Source: a virus (lineage: Duplodnaviria; Caudoviricetes). From it: a stretch of 60,162 nucleotides of DNA. This document shows, in pieces, positions 40,049 through 49,018 of the stretch. The first letter of the stretch is position 1. Each line of letters starts with the position of its first letter. Made by a program: the position numbers and the translations under genes. Location of the stretch: positions 1 through 60,162 of IMG/VR virus record IMGVR_UViG_3300042879_001019; one strand, written 5' to 3'. Below the pieces are notes generated by a model, which was not told the origin of the DNA, did not search any database, and worked only from the letters and a program-made list of their open reading frames with translations.

Positions 40049-40995
40049 AAGTTCTTAAATATATGTGTTACTACATCAACGGTCCACGAATTACCCAACG
40101 CTTTATACCTTTGTGTATTGCTAATACCTTCCGTCCAATTGTCTGGAAAGGTCTGTAATCTCTCGCACTCTATTGGGGTGAGCTTCCTAGCAAATGTTTC
40201 AATAACACCATACGGAACACCTTTATGCATATTGGCTGTTAGACATGCAGCCTTGCCATCTAAATTATTCTTGTGATATTCCCACCTAGGCTTTCCGTTA
40301 CGCAACCTACTCATGTAGTCAATTGCTTCGGGTGTTAAGTAGTACTTCTTGTCAACTTCATATACACCTGTAGCGTGAAATGTTCCTGTTCTCTCAAAGT
40401 TTGCTTGGCTTGATTTGTAATATTGATTTTTAATCATAGCTGACTTTTCTTCTACTACATAACCACTCTCGATTATATCCCTCAACAATATACCACAATC
40501 ATCAGGCTGAGTGACGTTAGGGATGTTTGTCCAATACAATCGATATCTGTTCTGAGCCGACACCAATGAACTATTGATAGCAATTGGCTCAACTCCAAAG
40601 TATCCAGTAATCACATCTTGATACTCCTTCTTCATCCGAACGTTCTCTAACATAAAACGCATTCTTGGATTCTCGTCAGCAACTCTATGACATATGTCAA
40701 CGAACACAAAGAACAACGCTGATCGAGGATCGTCAAAGTTCAACTGCTTGCCTGCAAAACTGAATCCCTGACAAGGAGATCCACCTATCACTAGGTCAAT
40801 CTCTCCCCAGGGTATGTCCCACTCACGCCACTTCGTTATGTCACCCAATTGAATAGTGTTAGGGAAGTTCTTATCAGTTACGCTTATAGCGTACTTGTCA
40901 ATCTCACTTGCATAGTACGCATCGACAGAAACGCCAGCTCGCTGTAGTGCAAGCTGACCTGCCGATATTCCGTCAAATAATGATAGTACCTTCAT
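40045..40995 (-). CDS. dcm: DNA (cytosine-5) methyltransferase
   Basis: SLFDGI, GGSPCQGFS, ENV, QNRYR, ERLQTFP, YKALGNS. Confidence 0.9.
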   Translation of the reverse strand: MKVLSLFDGISAGQLALQRAGVSVDAYYASEIDKYAISVTDKNFPNTIQLGDITKWREWDIPWGEIDLVIGGSPCQGFSFAGKQLNFDDPRSALFFVFVDICHRVADENPRMRFMLENVRMKKEYQDVITGYFGVEPIAINSSLVSAQNRYRLYWTNIPNVTQPDDCGILLRDIIESGYVVEEKSAMIKNQYYKSSQANFERTGTFHATGVYEVDKKYYLTPEAIDYMSRLRNGKPRWEYHKNNLDGKAACLTANMHKGVPYGVIETFARKLTPIECERLQTFPDNWTEGISNTQRYKALGNSWTVDVVTHIFKNL

Positions 40996-41387
40996 TTCTT
41001 TGCTTTAAATATTAATGTCATCGGATCACCAAATTGATCAACAACGTCAAACAACTCTTGATCATAACTCCCATCAATCTCACCAAACAATAACTTATGC
41101 CTTTTGCCCTCACGTAAAAGCACAGCCACAATAACGTTTGTGCCGTTAGGGTCGTTCTTGAAGAAACAAAAGTCAATCGGGTTCTTTGTCACGTCATACA
41201 CAATTTTACTTGTGTCAGCGTCATTCATGTCTAACACATAGTTATACTTGTGAATAGCTTCCCTGACATCCTTGATCGACATCTCATAAAACCCATCACT
41301 GTTCTGCTTGAAGTCACGCATGTGACCCAACTGTCCAAATGCTGACATGCTACCTAGTAACACGAAAGCAACTACTAACCTACCCAT
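40992..41387 (-). CDS. Hypothetical exported protein
   Basis: Signal-peptide-like start MGRLVVAFVLLGSMSAFGQ. Confidence 0.55.
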   Translation of the reverse strand: MGRLVVAFVLLGSMSAFGQLGHMRDFKQNSDGFYEMSIKDVREAIHKYNYVLDMNDADTSKIVYDVTKNPIDFCFFKNDPNGTNVIVAVLLREGKRHKLLFGEIDGSYDQELFDVVDQFGDPMTLIFKAKK

Positions 41388-41548
41388 ATTATTACATTTA
41401 TAATTAGAAAAATAATTGATAACATCATGCCTGCAAACCCAACAAATACTCCACCAACCCGAAGTATACTATTGTTGGACATACTAGCCAAAGACATGAT
41501 GCCAAAGAAAATGGTTGGCATTAATAAAATTATCAGCGCATTAAGCAT
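41375..41548 (-). CDS. Small two-TM membrane protein (57 aa)
   Basis: MLNALIILLMPTIFFGIMSL..VFVGFAGMMLSIIFLII. Confidence 0.45.
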   Translation of the reverse strand: MLNALIILLMPTIFFGIMSLASMSNNSILRVGGVFVGFAGMMLSIIFLIINVIIWVG

Positions 41549-41798
41549 ATGTACAAAATTTGATTGTCCTTACTAAACTTCTTTAAAGCATCACCATAAC
41601 TCGATGCTTCTAACGTTATACCTGTACACAAGTCCTTGTCTATCAGGTAACAGATGTGATATTTACTCATAGTTATTATATATTGGTTTAAATACTTTCC
41701 GCAAGTCATTCATTGACTTACGAATTAAATGCTTGTCCCTCGCTGTGACAAACCTAAAGCCATACCTACCTGCCGATAAATACGACTGCCCTACAAAC

Positions 41799-42104
41799 TT
41801 ACCTGGTCTCATACTCCATCAGTCTTTTAAATTCATCTACCAACCGATCGCCTACACCATACATCAAGTGAAACCGATCGATGTCTATCTCACTCAAATC
41901 CTCCAGCTTTACGTCATAGTCAAAGTACCTGTACAAAACACCATACAACCTAGGACTTATGACACCAGCATAATACATGTCTTTAATTCGCGTGTGCCTA
42001 TCGATCGTGGCTGTCATCAGCTTGCTAATCCTAATCTGAGCCTGCTCGTCTTGATAACGCTTGACCGTAGCCATGGCGTTGTCGTACTGTCGCTTTGTTA
42101 TCAT
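41799..42104 (-). CDS. Hypothetical protein with an RNAP alpha-CTD-like C-terminus
   Basis: ISPRLYGVL..LEDL..GVGDRLVDEF resembles alpha-CTD/HhH. Confidence 0.4.
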   Translation of the reverse strand: MITKRQYDNAMATVKRYQDEQAQIRISKLMTATIDRHTRIKDMYYAGVISPRLYGVLYRYFDYDVKLEDLSEIDIDRFHLMYGVGDRLVDEFKRLMEYETR

Positions 42105-42412
42105 AAGTCCCTCAATTTAGCCGCGAACTCGTAGTCCTCACAATCAACAGCTCGTTGTAGTGCTTCTTGCTTCTGATCAAGCAAGACGAACTCATCCTTC
42201 GGTGTCCACATCAATCCTCCCGAATCCATTAATGTACCACACTTACACATAACTGCTTGATGCCGAGAGCGTTGTCCTATGTTAATTAAACCTTTCATGC
42301 ACATAGCACAGAACGATGTCGCGTTCACCATGTACACACTGCCCTTCATCCTGAACTGACAACTGTCATTCGGATTGTCTGTCAAAGCGATTACCTTGTC
42401 TCCTATTTTCAT
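42101..42412 (-). CDS. Hypothetical protein with CxxC/CxC and a UVR-like tail
   Basis: C-terminal AVDCEDYEFAAKLRD. Confidence 0.55.
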   Translation of the reverse strand: MKIGDKVIALTDNPNDSCQFRMKGSVYMVNATSFCAMCMKGLINIGQRSRHQAVMCKCGTLMDSGGLMWTPKDEFVLLDQKQEALQRAVDCEDYEFAAKLRDL

Positions 42413-42659
42413 ATATCCCTAAGTATTGCGCACAACTCATAGAACTCCCGATCTATAGCCCTGCTGGTTAACGAATCCCTCATCTCAGACCAATTGTCCA
42501 ATATGATCGATGCGTTTCTTAACGCATCTATCTGCGCATCTTCAGGCAAATCTATCAGCCTGTCCAATACATTATCTACTAAATCCATATCTCTCTCTTA
42601 AATATTTATACCAATCTTCCTGCTTCCTTCCGTTGACGAAAAACCAACCGAAGTATATC

Positions 42660-42914
42660 TCAAATATACGTCTCATCTTTCATGCATTTTTTAATGTCTC
42701 CAATTGTATAAACTCCCTGCTGACTGTTGTCCAAAGCATACACCCTCGTGTCGTCAGGTAACAACTTAGCTAAATCACTTAGCCATCTGCTGTTATGCCT
42801 GCTCCTAAACCATACCTTGTCAAATATGTCCGTGTCGATGTAGTAATATACCCCATCTTCATCACCTAACTCTATGTCGATAGGCTCTCTTGGTATTCCA
42901 AATGTTGTGCTCAT
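42660..42914 (-). CDS. Hypothetical protein
   Basis: Coupled ORF. Confidence 0.55.
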   Translation of the reverse strand: MSTTFGIPREPIDIELGDEDGVYYYIDTDIFDKVWFRSRHNSRWLSDLAKLLPDDTRVYALDNSQQGVYTIGDIKKCMKDETYI

Positions 42915-43069
42915 ATTTCTTCGTCCTTAAATTCTTTCCATGTGTCAAAGTCTTGCAACTGCTCTAACATCCATTTAGCACCCTCAATGAAGGCATGCCT
43001 TATAAACTCACCATCCAATTTCTTTAGCTGGTTGTACTTCCAAGAAGCTTCCTCAAGTTGTTCTTTCAT
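42911..43069 (-). CDS. Small protein of the EEA..Y..F.EGA.W type
   Basis: Start lies in a junction repeat; similar to 43672..43917. Confidence 0.55.
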   Translation of the reverse strand: MKEQLEEASWKYNQLKKLDGEFIRHAFIEGAKWMLEQLQDFDTWKEFKDEEI

Positions 43070-43070
43070 T

Positions 43071-43274
43071 CTATTCTGATTTAAATAACCCATTAAATTT
43101 CATTTCACATACTTTATATCCTGTATCGTAACCTAATTGATATGCTTTAATTCTTTGCTCTTTCTCCATTTCTTTGGCTTCGTTAAATATCATGTCAAAT
43201 GTTTGCATTTCTTCTTTTGAAAAAGCATAATACTTATTAAACTGTTCTTGAAACCATTCTACTGCTGTTTTCAT
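43071..43274 (-). CDS. Small protein of the MKTAVEW..FKSE type
   Basis: Paralogous with 39851..40048. Confidence 0.6.
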   Translation of the reverse strand: MKTAVEWFQEQFNKYYAFSKEEMQTFDMIFNEAKEMEKEQRIKAYQLGYDTGYKVCEMKFNGLFKSE

Positions 43275-43675
43275 ATTCTTCTTAGTATTAAGTTATTATT
43301 GTCGTCTAGTTTGGGTCTTTTATTACCGCAACATATTGATTTGTTTCCATTAAATATAAAATTATTACATCCTGTTTCACATTCCATCTCAATCTCTACC
43401 TCTATTTCGGTTGGTTGATATAACTCCATTGCTTTATTGAAGCCATTAATAAAGCCATCTATAAATATATTTTGGTAATCACTTTCATGGTATCCATTCG
43501 GGTCATTTTTAGCCAACTTCTCAACATCAACAACCCCAAATATCTCATCGCAATTTTGTTTGGAGAGTTTATTTACTATTTCGTATTGAAGATATAAATC
43601 ATCATTAGTTCCAAATGGCTTACCTTCTACAAACAAATAATAATTATCTTCTCTCTTTGTTAACTTTCCTATCAT
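43271..43675 (-). CDS. Hypothetical protein
   Basis: Coupled ORF. Confidence 0.55.
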   Translation of the reverse strand: MIGKLTKREDNYYLFVEGKPFGTNDDLYLQYEIVNKLSKQNCDEIFGVVDVEKLAKNDPNGYHESDYQNIFIDGFINGFNKAMELYQPTEIEVEIEMECETGCNNFIFNGNKSICCGNKRPKLDDNNNLILRRI

Positions 43676-43917
43676 TTTATCTGCTTTTTTAATTTCTCAA
43701 ATGACTCTTCATTTATTATAAATATCGACGCACCAAGTGCTATACCTACAGATATCTCAATCGCCCTCCTTAACTGCTCCTCACTGTACATCTGACTAGC
43801 CATCCAGTTTGCGCCTGCACTAAAATCAATCATGCAAATCAATTTGTCATTCTTACTACCCCTGTTCTTAATTTCATCTTCAGCATATTTCTTAGCCGCT
43901 TGCTCAATTGTCTCCAT
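43672..43917 (-). CDS. Small protein of the EQAA..Y..F.AGA.W type
   Basis: Motif shared with 42911..43069. Confidence 0.55.
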   Translation of the reverse strand: METIEQAAKKYAEDEIKNRGSKNDKLICMIDFSAGANWMASQMYSEEQLRRAIEISVGIALGASIFIINEESFEKLKKQIK

Positions 43918-44212
43918 GCTCCATCATTTTAATTATCATCCGATATTGACTCAACGTGTTTAACGAATGCTTGAAATTTAAAAAATCATACTGGTTCAAC
44001 TTGTCATGCTGAATGTTATTCCAATGTGACGCACACTTCTTCATCTGAACTATATCACAATCATCATACTGCTTGAAATGATTGTTCACAAACCAATACA
44101 TTTGATTCTCCTTTATGCCTGCCTTCTCAAACGCCTCAGCACAACACTCAATAAAAAATATAGATCCCTCGTAATTCGCGAACTGATCTATTAACTTGTC
44201 TTTCTTTGTCAT
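43904..44212 (-). CDS. Hypothetical protein
   Basis: Coupled ORF. Confidence 0.5.
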   Translation of the reverse strand: MTKKDKLIDQFANYEGSIFFIECCAEAFEKAGIKENQMYWFVNNHFKQYDDCDIVQMKKCASHWNNIQHDKLNQYDFLNFKHSLNTLSQYRMIIKMMEHGDN

Positions 44213-44868
44213 AGGTTTAAATAAATTTCTTCGTTAATAATTATTTCTTTTACTTTTGAGAAGTACTCATTATCACCGCTAGAATTGTTTAACATGAAAT
44301 CAATCGTATTGATCGCACATCTTTTAGCCATTTCCATTGAACAGTCAACGTTAAAAAAGTACCATGAAACTAATTCACTGGCTTTTTCTCTTTCATTCCC
44401 TATTCTCAATACTTCTTTTGGTATCTTATCCGATTTCCTTAAATTAACTCCCTTCCATTCAGGAGATAAATTTTTATAATTAGCTAAGCTGTATAATTGC
44501 GCTTCAGTTTTTGCACTGGACAATGGGACAACGTGGTCAATATGCCATAACGCTCTATTACTCCAAGCCATACCTTCTTTAAATTTACTTTCGATATATT
44601 TTATGACGGTATCCCTGTCAGCACCCAACATCTTTTCGTTGTTGCTATTTCTTAACCAATAAGAAGATTTTAAGGCTGAATTTGTTTTGCTTAAAATATC
44701 CATCTTTAACTTAAACAATGGATCTACTTTCCTTCTGTTTCTTACATATTCCGAAGGATCTGATTTCGGATCGTCATATAATGATCTACAAACAGAACAT
44801 CTGTAATTATCGCCTTCAAAATTCTCTATGCCTTTTACATTATGGCACGTGTTACATACTCTTTTCAT
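44209..44868 (-). CDS. HNH-family endonuclease with an N-terminal Zn finger
   Basis: CxxC..CxxC; WHIDHVVPLS..NL.P...NLRKSDK. Confidence 0.75.
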   Translation of the reverse strand: MKRVCNTCHNVKGIENFEGDNYRCSVCRSLYDDPKSDPSEYVRNRRKVDPLFKLKMDILSKTNSALKSSYWLRNSNNEKMLGADRDTVIKYIESKFKEGMAWSNRALWHIDHVVPLSSAKTEAQLYSLANYKNLSPEWKGVNLRKSDKIPKEVLRIGNEREKASELVSWYFFNVDCSMEMAKRCAINTIDFMLNNSSGDNEYFSKVKEIIINEEIYLNL

Positions 44869-44869
44869 A

Positions 44870-44987
44870 CTGCACCCTTTTTAACCGAAAAACCTTCTCG
44901 GCTTTCGAGGGTGCAGCTCTACTAACCGAAAAGGTTGTTCAAATTCTTGTTTAACTTTTGTCCCTGCACCGAACAAGGACAAATATA
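44870..44987 (-). promoter_or_regulatory. Promoter plus leader with P4-CI/C4-like complementary segments
   Basis: TATATTTG; GGTGCAG near the 5' end; CTGCACCCT in the loop of stem AACCTTTTCGG/CCGAGAAGGTT; AGGGTGCAG one nt before ATG. Confidence 0.55.
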
Positions 44988-45380
44988 GTGTTAAAGTTTT
45001 ATCTAATTTGTTAAAAAAGGTTAAAAAATGTTATAATGAAATTCATGTATCCCTTATTCTATCTATATAGTGTTAATATGTTAATCTTTTTCTCGTCTAT
45101 AAGAAAAAAATAATGAACAAGAGAATGAACAAGAGATATATAGGGGGAATAACCCCGTCCCATAAAAAAAAAATATTCTCCACTATAGGAAAAAAGTCAC
45201 CACTTTACCACTATTTTTAACTAATTGACTGATTATCAAGCAACTAACTTTTTTCAGTTAACACAAAATCGCAAATTTCAACACTATTTTCAATAATTCC
45301 AACATTTTAAACAGGTCGATTTATTGGTTAATCTTTTCACAATCAACATGTTAGTTAAGTTTACTTAACGCAACACTTTA
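44988..45380. other. AT-rich non-coding region, candidate replication origin
   Basis: TAGTGTTAA/TGTTA repeats on the left and AACACTA/CACTAT on the right in inverted orientation; direct repeat AATGAACAAGAG x2; IHF-like AATCAACATGTTA at 45341. Confidence 0.4.
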
Positions 45381-45427
45381 ATTCCAGTCCAACCATTCTT
45401 TTATTAGGTCGTTTATTTCTTCGTCTC

Positions 45428-45646
45428 TCATGGCTTCTCGTTTAATATGTCAATACTCATTTTGATTGCTAACCAAATTTGATCGGTCGTGTCGTTATTC
45501 GTTAACGCCATTTCTAAGACTTGTCTTGCTTGGTCTTTCTTTATGTTGCCCTCAGCTACATTGTACACATCTTGAATGTGCCACAGGTTATCTACAAAGT
45601 ATCCTGCATCTCGCAAGACTTCTTTTGCTTTTAGTATCTCATTCAT
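45428..45646 (-). CDS. Early-region hypothetical protein
   Basis: Coupled ORF. Confidence 0.6.
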   Translation of the reverse strand: MNEILKAKEVLRDAGYFVDNLWHIQDVYNVAEGNIKKDQARQVLEMALTNNDTTDQIWLAIKMSIDILNEKP

Positions 45647-45860
45647 ATCCTTCTAAATTTTCTAATTTTATTCCAATTGGTCTTAATCCAAACGGCTCCG
45701 CGTCCAATCCATAATCCAACGTATATCCAACTTCTTCTAGTTGATTGGTTAATCTTTCTAAATCTAGATAGTCATTCGCACATTCATCCTCATTGAATGA
45801 TTCAAGTATCAATTGTACTTCTATAGGTATTAATTCAGGTGTTTCAAATAGGTCTTTCAT
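45639..45860 (-). CDS. Early-region acidic protein
   Basis: TAGCC-ATG start. Confidence 0.6.
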   Translation of the reverse strand: MKDLFETPELIPIEVQLILESFNEDECANDYLDLERLTNQLEEVGYTLDYGLDAEPFGLRPIGIKLENLEGYE

Positions 45861-45865
45861 GGCTA

Positions 45866-46051
45866 TTAATTATTAATTTGTTCATAAATCTCTTCTACAG
45901 TTTGAAGCACCCAGCTTGTTGTTACCATTGCACCAACACTTTGTATTTTCGTTAGTCCATTTGTGTTTACATGTTCAACACGAATAATTTGTGCTACGCC
46001 AATTAGTATCTCTTCATGGTTACTATTGGTTAATTTGATTACTGTTCTCAT
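45866..46051 (-). CDS. Early-region small protein
   Basis: TAGCC-ATG start. Confidence 0.55.
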   Translation of the reverse strand: MRTVIKLTNSNHEEILIGVAQIIRVEHVNTNGLTKIQSVGAMVTTSWVLQTVEEIYEQINN

Positions 46052-46053
46052 GG

Positions 46054-46278
46054 CTATTTAAATTTAAAAATTGTTAATAGGTTAATCATTCTATAGGCTC
46101 GCTTGTGAACATCGTATACGACCATTAAGTTATGGTCATTTGGATCGAATCGCAATCCGATCCCTTTGATGTTCTTCTTTACGCCCAGTCGGGCTACCAT
46201 TCTTCTTTCAGTGCCGTCCTTCTTGATGAAGCTAACGGAGAAGAATCTTCCGTTAGTGGCTAAAATCTGTTCTTTCAT
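46054..46278 (-). CDS. SH3/Sm-like (WYL-related) small protein
   Basis: FFSVSFIKKDGTERRM..VYDV..AYRMINL. Confidence 0.55.
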   Translation of the reverse strand: MKEQILATNGRFFSVSFIKKDGTERRMVARLGVKKNIKGIGLRFDPNDHNLMVVYDVHKRAYRMINLLTIFKFK

Positions 46279-46813
46279 ATTGATATATTTGTTGGTTATA
46301 AAATAAACTCACATAAGAATCTGTGATATTACTTGGCTCTTCGAATCCTTCATTCTCACAGATGAACTGTAGTATGCTTCCTACTTGATGTTCATTCCAT
46401 TTGTTCATCCAATCTTTTGGATTGTTTGAATGGTAAGATATGAATCCATCACGAGATGTGTACGTATGTTTGATATACTCGCTGAATTTCTCGTAGTTAT
46501 CTTTGAGGTATTGTTTAACTTTTGTTTTGTTAAATGTTATCTCGCAATAGATTGTATCATCGCTGAAGTTGTAGTACTTTGGACTTACCAATCTTTCGAA
46601 TTCAATGTGAGATACAAAGTCTGATAAAAGGTATTGAACTTCGTTACACATCTCTTTTGATATATGATTGTAGTAACTTGCCCAATCAACGAATTCCCAA
46701 AATTCTTTATCTTTTGGTAGGTCGAAGATTTCCTCCTCCCCATCGAAACATGGCTCGCTCCAACGCGAATTGTAGAATCCACTGAATAGTGGTAGATATG
46801 TTTTTGCTTTCAT
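46253..46813 (-). CDS. Early-region hypothetical protein
   Basis: TAGCC-ATG start; FSGFYNS and SPKYYNF motifs. Confidence 0.65.
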   Translation of the reverse strand: MKAKTYLPLFSGFYNSRWSEPCFDGEEEIFDLPKDKEFWEFVDWASYYNHISKEMCNEVQYLLSDFVSHIEFERLVSPKYYNFSDDTIYCEITFNKTKVKQYLKDNYEKFSEYIKHTYTSRDGFISYHSNNPKDWMNKWNEHQVGSILQFICENEGFEEPSNITDSYVSLFYNQQIYQYERTDFSH

Positions 46814-46824
46814 GGCTATTTGTT

Positions 46825-47088
46825 TTACTCAGCGCATAATTCCCATGGCTGAAGATTAATAATTGCTTTTGTTCCTCCTAATTGTTTGACAATAAATCTT
46901 GCTAGCTTTCTATTTACTTTTTCATCCTGTATATGTGCGCTTCCAATTTGTTCTACAATATCTCTTGGTGACATACCTAATACTCTATGACAAAACTTAA
47001 CGTCTTGACCTAGATAGAATGATTTGCTTTTAATAATTAATGTCCAATTGTGATCGAATCCGTAATTCGAAGAGATTATTATATTCAT
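46825..47088 (-). CDS. Early-region hypothetical protein
   Basis: ORF in the operon. Confidence 0.6.
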   Translation of the reverse strand: MNIIISSNYGFDHNWTLIIKSKSFYLGQDVKFCHRVLGMSPRDIVEQIGSAHIQDEKVNRKLARFIVKQLGGTKAIINLQPWELCAE

Positions 47089-47090
47089 AA

Positions 47091-47798
47091 TTAATGATTT
47101 AAAATGTAAATTGATTTGTTTGATTTTGTCCCTAGTGTACCACTACATAAACCACATTTGCTACATGTAGATTTGAATCCTGCTTCCTTGCTTGCAGGAC
47201 AATTGACAATTCCATCTAGCTTTGATTCTGTAGCAATGTAACTTCTATATCCTTTCATCCTTGCGATAATCTCTCCGTTGATGTCATGTGTAGATGCCAT
47301 GAAGAATTTACTCAAATCGTTACGCATCCATTGATGTGTATATCCAGTCCAATTATCCGCGACATTTGTCATCTCTTCAATCATCTTAATTGGATGTAAT
47401 GATGGCTCACCATACGTTCCGAATCGAACGAATGTTCCTTGTGCCATCTCTCTTGCCTGAAGAATCATATCATACTTAAATGTTGGTACATTTTCAAATG
47501 TTCCGAATTCCTTTGCAATACTTTTTAGCATGCTGATAAACCCAACATACTGATTGAATTTATGCGTATAACATTTTCCGAATTCATTGAATGGACAATC
47601 TAAACAATTTGTATCAGCATTACTGAAGAAAGTCTTCATGCCATCATTCGTTACGTTCACAATCAATTCGTATTGCTTTCTGCTAAATGTGTACGTTTGG
47701 ACAATTTTTCTTTTCTTGTCTGATTCAATCTTATTGTTGCTAGTGGTTGACTTGCTTATTACTTGCAATGTGTCTCCGATTCTGAATACTAATTTCAT
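47091..47798 (-). CDS. Cys-rich protein (GP88/radical-SAM-like metal-binding family)
   Basis: CLDCP....CY, VRFGTYGEP, TGYTHQW, CPA..CSKCGLC. Confidence 0.55.
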   Translation of the reverse strand: MKLVFRIGDTLQVISKSTTSNNKIESDKKRKIVQTYTFSRKQYELIVNVTNDGMKTFFSNADTNCLDCPFNEFGKCYTHKFNQYVGFISMLKSIAKEFGTFENVPTFKYDMILQAREMAQGTFVRFGTYGEPSLHPIKMIEEMTNVADNWTGYTHQWMRNDLSKFFMASTHDINGEIIARMKGYRSYIATESKLDGIVNCPASKEAGFKSTCSKCGLCSGTLGTKSNKSIYILNH

Positions 47799-47811
47799 GA
47801 CTAATTGTTTT

Positions 47812-47867
47812 GGTTAATATGCCGTATCACTACGGCATTTCGTCTATTTAAGACTCATCAGTTAACC
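47812..47867 (-). ncRNA. Hammerhead ribozyme, type I (AUA cleavage triplet)
   Basis: GGUUAA-CUGAUGA-GUCU(UAAAU)AGAC-GAAA-UGCCGUA(GUGA)UACGGCA-UA-UUAACC; complete core and three stems. Confidence 0.92.
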
Positions 47868-48100
47868 TGTTTTAAAAGTTTTTCGTATTTCTTTGGCAAT
47901 TTGTTATACATTCTTATTGTATGTCCACTACTCCAATGATTCAAGAATACTTCCTGTATTATGGTTGATTTTAATCCGTTACCTATACAAATTGTCGTTC
48001 CGTAGCCTAAACATCCCTCAATGACTTCTATTATTTCGCCATCTTTTTTAATGTAGTTATCAATTACATCTTGAACTACTTTGTTTGTGTATATTTTCAT
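47858..48100 (-). CDS. Early-region hypothetical protein
   Basis: Its TGA stop is part of the ribozyme CUGAUGA. Confidence 0.6.
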   Translation of the reverse strand: MKIYTNKVVQDVIDNYIKKDGEIIEVIEGCLGYGTTICIGNGLKSTIIQEVFLNHWSSGHTIRMYNKLPKKYEKLLKQVN

Positions 48101-48105
48101 GATTT

Positions 48106-48363
48106 CTAGTTATTAATTAATTCTTTAATCTCACCACTACCAATTCTGTAAATAAACAAATCAACTATCTCTGTTTCTTCATTCTCTTCAGTTCTATCTA
48201 ACAATATGAAGTTTTGTTCGTCATCTTCAAAGATGAATCTTCCTTCCGTTTGTCCATCACTATCTACATTCCAAACGTTATTTCCTCCCCAATTAGCTGA
48301 ACTATATTGTGTTACTCTTCGATATCTCTTATCTAAGAATCTTCTTACGTTTTGTGCTTTCAT
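48106..48363 (-). CDS. Early-region hypothetical protein (likely start MKAQNVRR)
   Basis: ATG 5 nt after the stop of an upstream micro-ORF. Confidence 0.55.
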   Translation of the reverse strand: MKAQNVRRFLDKRYRRVTQYSSANWGGNNVWNVDSDGQTEGRFIFEDDEQNFILLDRTEENEETEIVDLFIYRIGSGEIKELINN

Positions 48364-48368
48364 GATTC

Positions 48369-48440
48369 CTATTTTTTTGATAAATACTTTAATGTAATTA
48401 CTACTGAATACAGTAATAATAAATAAACAAATGTTCCCAT
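48369..48440 (-). CDS. 23-aa hydrophobic micropeptide MGTFVYLLLLYSVVITLKYLSKK
   Basis: TAGTC-ATG junction; single TM plus basic tail. Confidence 0.4.
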   Translation of the reverse strand: MGTFVYLLLLYSVVITLKYLSKK

Positions 48441-48442
48441 GA

Positions 48443-48616
48443 CTAAATGTATTTGTAAATATTCTTTTCAATATCTGCGATTACTTGGTCTTCAGTATAG
48501 AATGAGTAAATATCCTCAACTATTACATCAAACGTATCATTCTTGAATGTATCGTCTCTATGTGTATACTCAATATATCCACTACCTAAATCTGTTTCAA
48601 ATGCTATTCTTTTCAT
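48443..48616 (-). CDS. Small acidic protein (57 aa)
   Basis: TAGCC-ATG start; stop TAG lies in the next junction. Confidence 0.5.
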   Translation of the reverse strand: MKRIAFETDLGSGYIEYTHRDDTFKNDTFDVIVEDIYSFYTEDQVIADIEKNIYKYI

Positions 48617-48618
48617 GG

Positions 48619-48765
48619 CTAATAATATATTTCGTTTAACGTATAATTATATTTCTTACAGACATAATTAATGAAGTTATTCATGTGATTTATGTCGTTA
48701 AATTCTCTGTTGATTACAACTATATCTCTGTGATATGGCTTGTAAAATTCTATTATTGCTTTCAT
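48619..48765 (-). CDS. Small protein (48 aa)
   Basis: ATGA overlap with the upstream ORF. Confidence 0.5.
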   Translation of the reverse strand: MKAIIEFYKPYHRDIVVINREFNDINHMNNFINYVCKKYNYTLNEIYY

Positions 48766-49016
48766 GATAATTTGTATTTTCTTTTTAAAAATTGTATTTG
48801 ATTGTATTCCTTTTCTGAATAACTTACAGGATGTAATTCAACTTCGTTTATGTTGAAGTCTATTAATCTATTTTCATGTTTAATTGTTACTCTAGTTGTA
48901 ACTATTTCATGAGCGCAAAATTTTTGATTAATAAAACCATATGCTTTGTTAGTTATTCTTACAGACATATCGAATCCATCGAAAAAGTCTAAAATTATTT
49001 GATTTCTAGATTTCAT
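48762..49016 (-). CDS. Early-region hypothetical protein
   Basis: TAGTC-ATG start. Confidence 0.55.
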   Translation of the reverse strand: MKSRNQIILDFFDGFDMSVRITNKAYGFINQKFCAHEIVTTRVTIKHENRLIDFNINEVELHPVSYSEKEYNQIQFLKRKYKLS

Positions 49017-49018
49017 GA

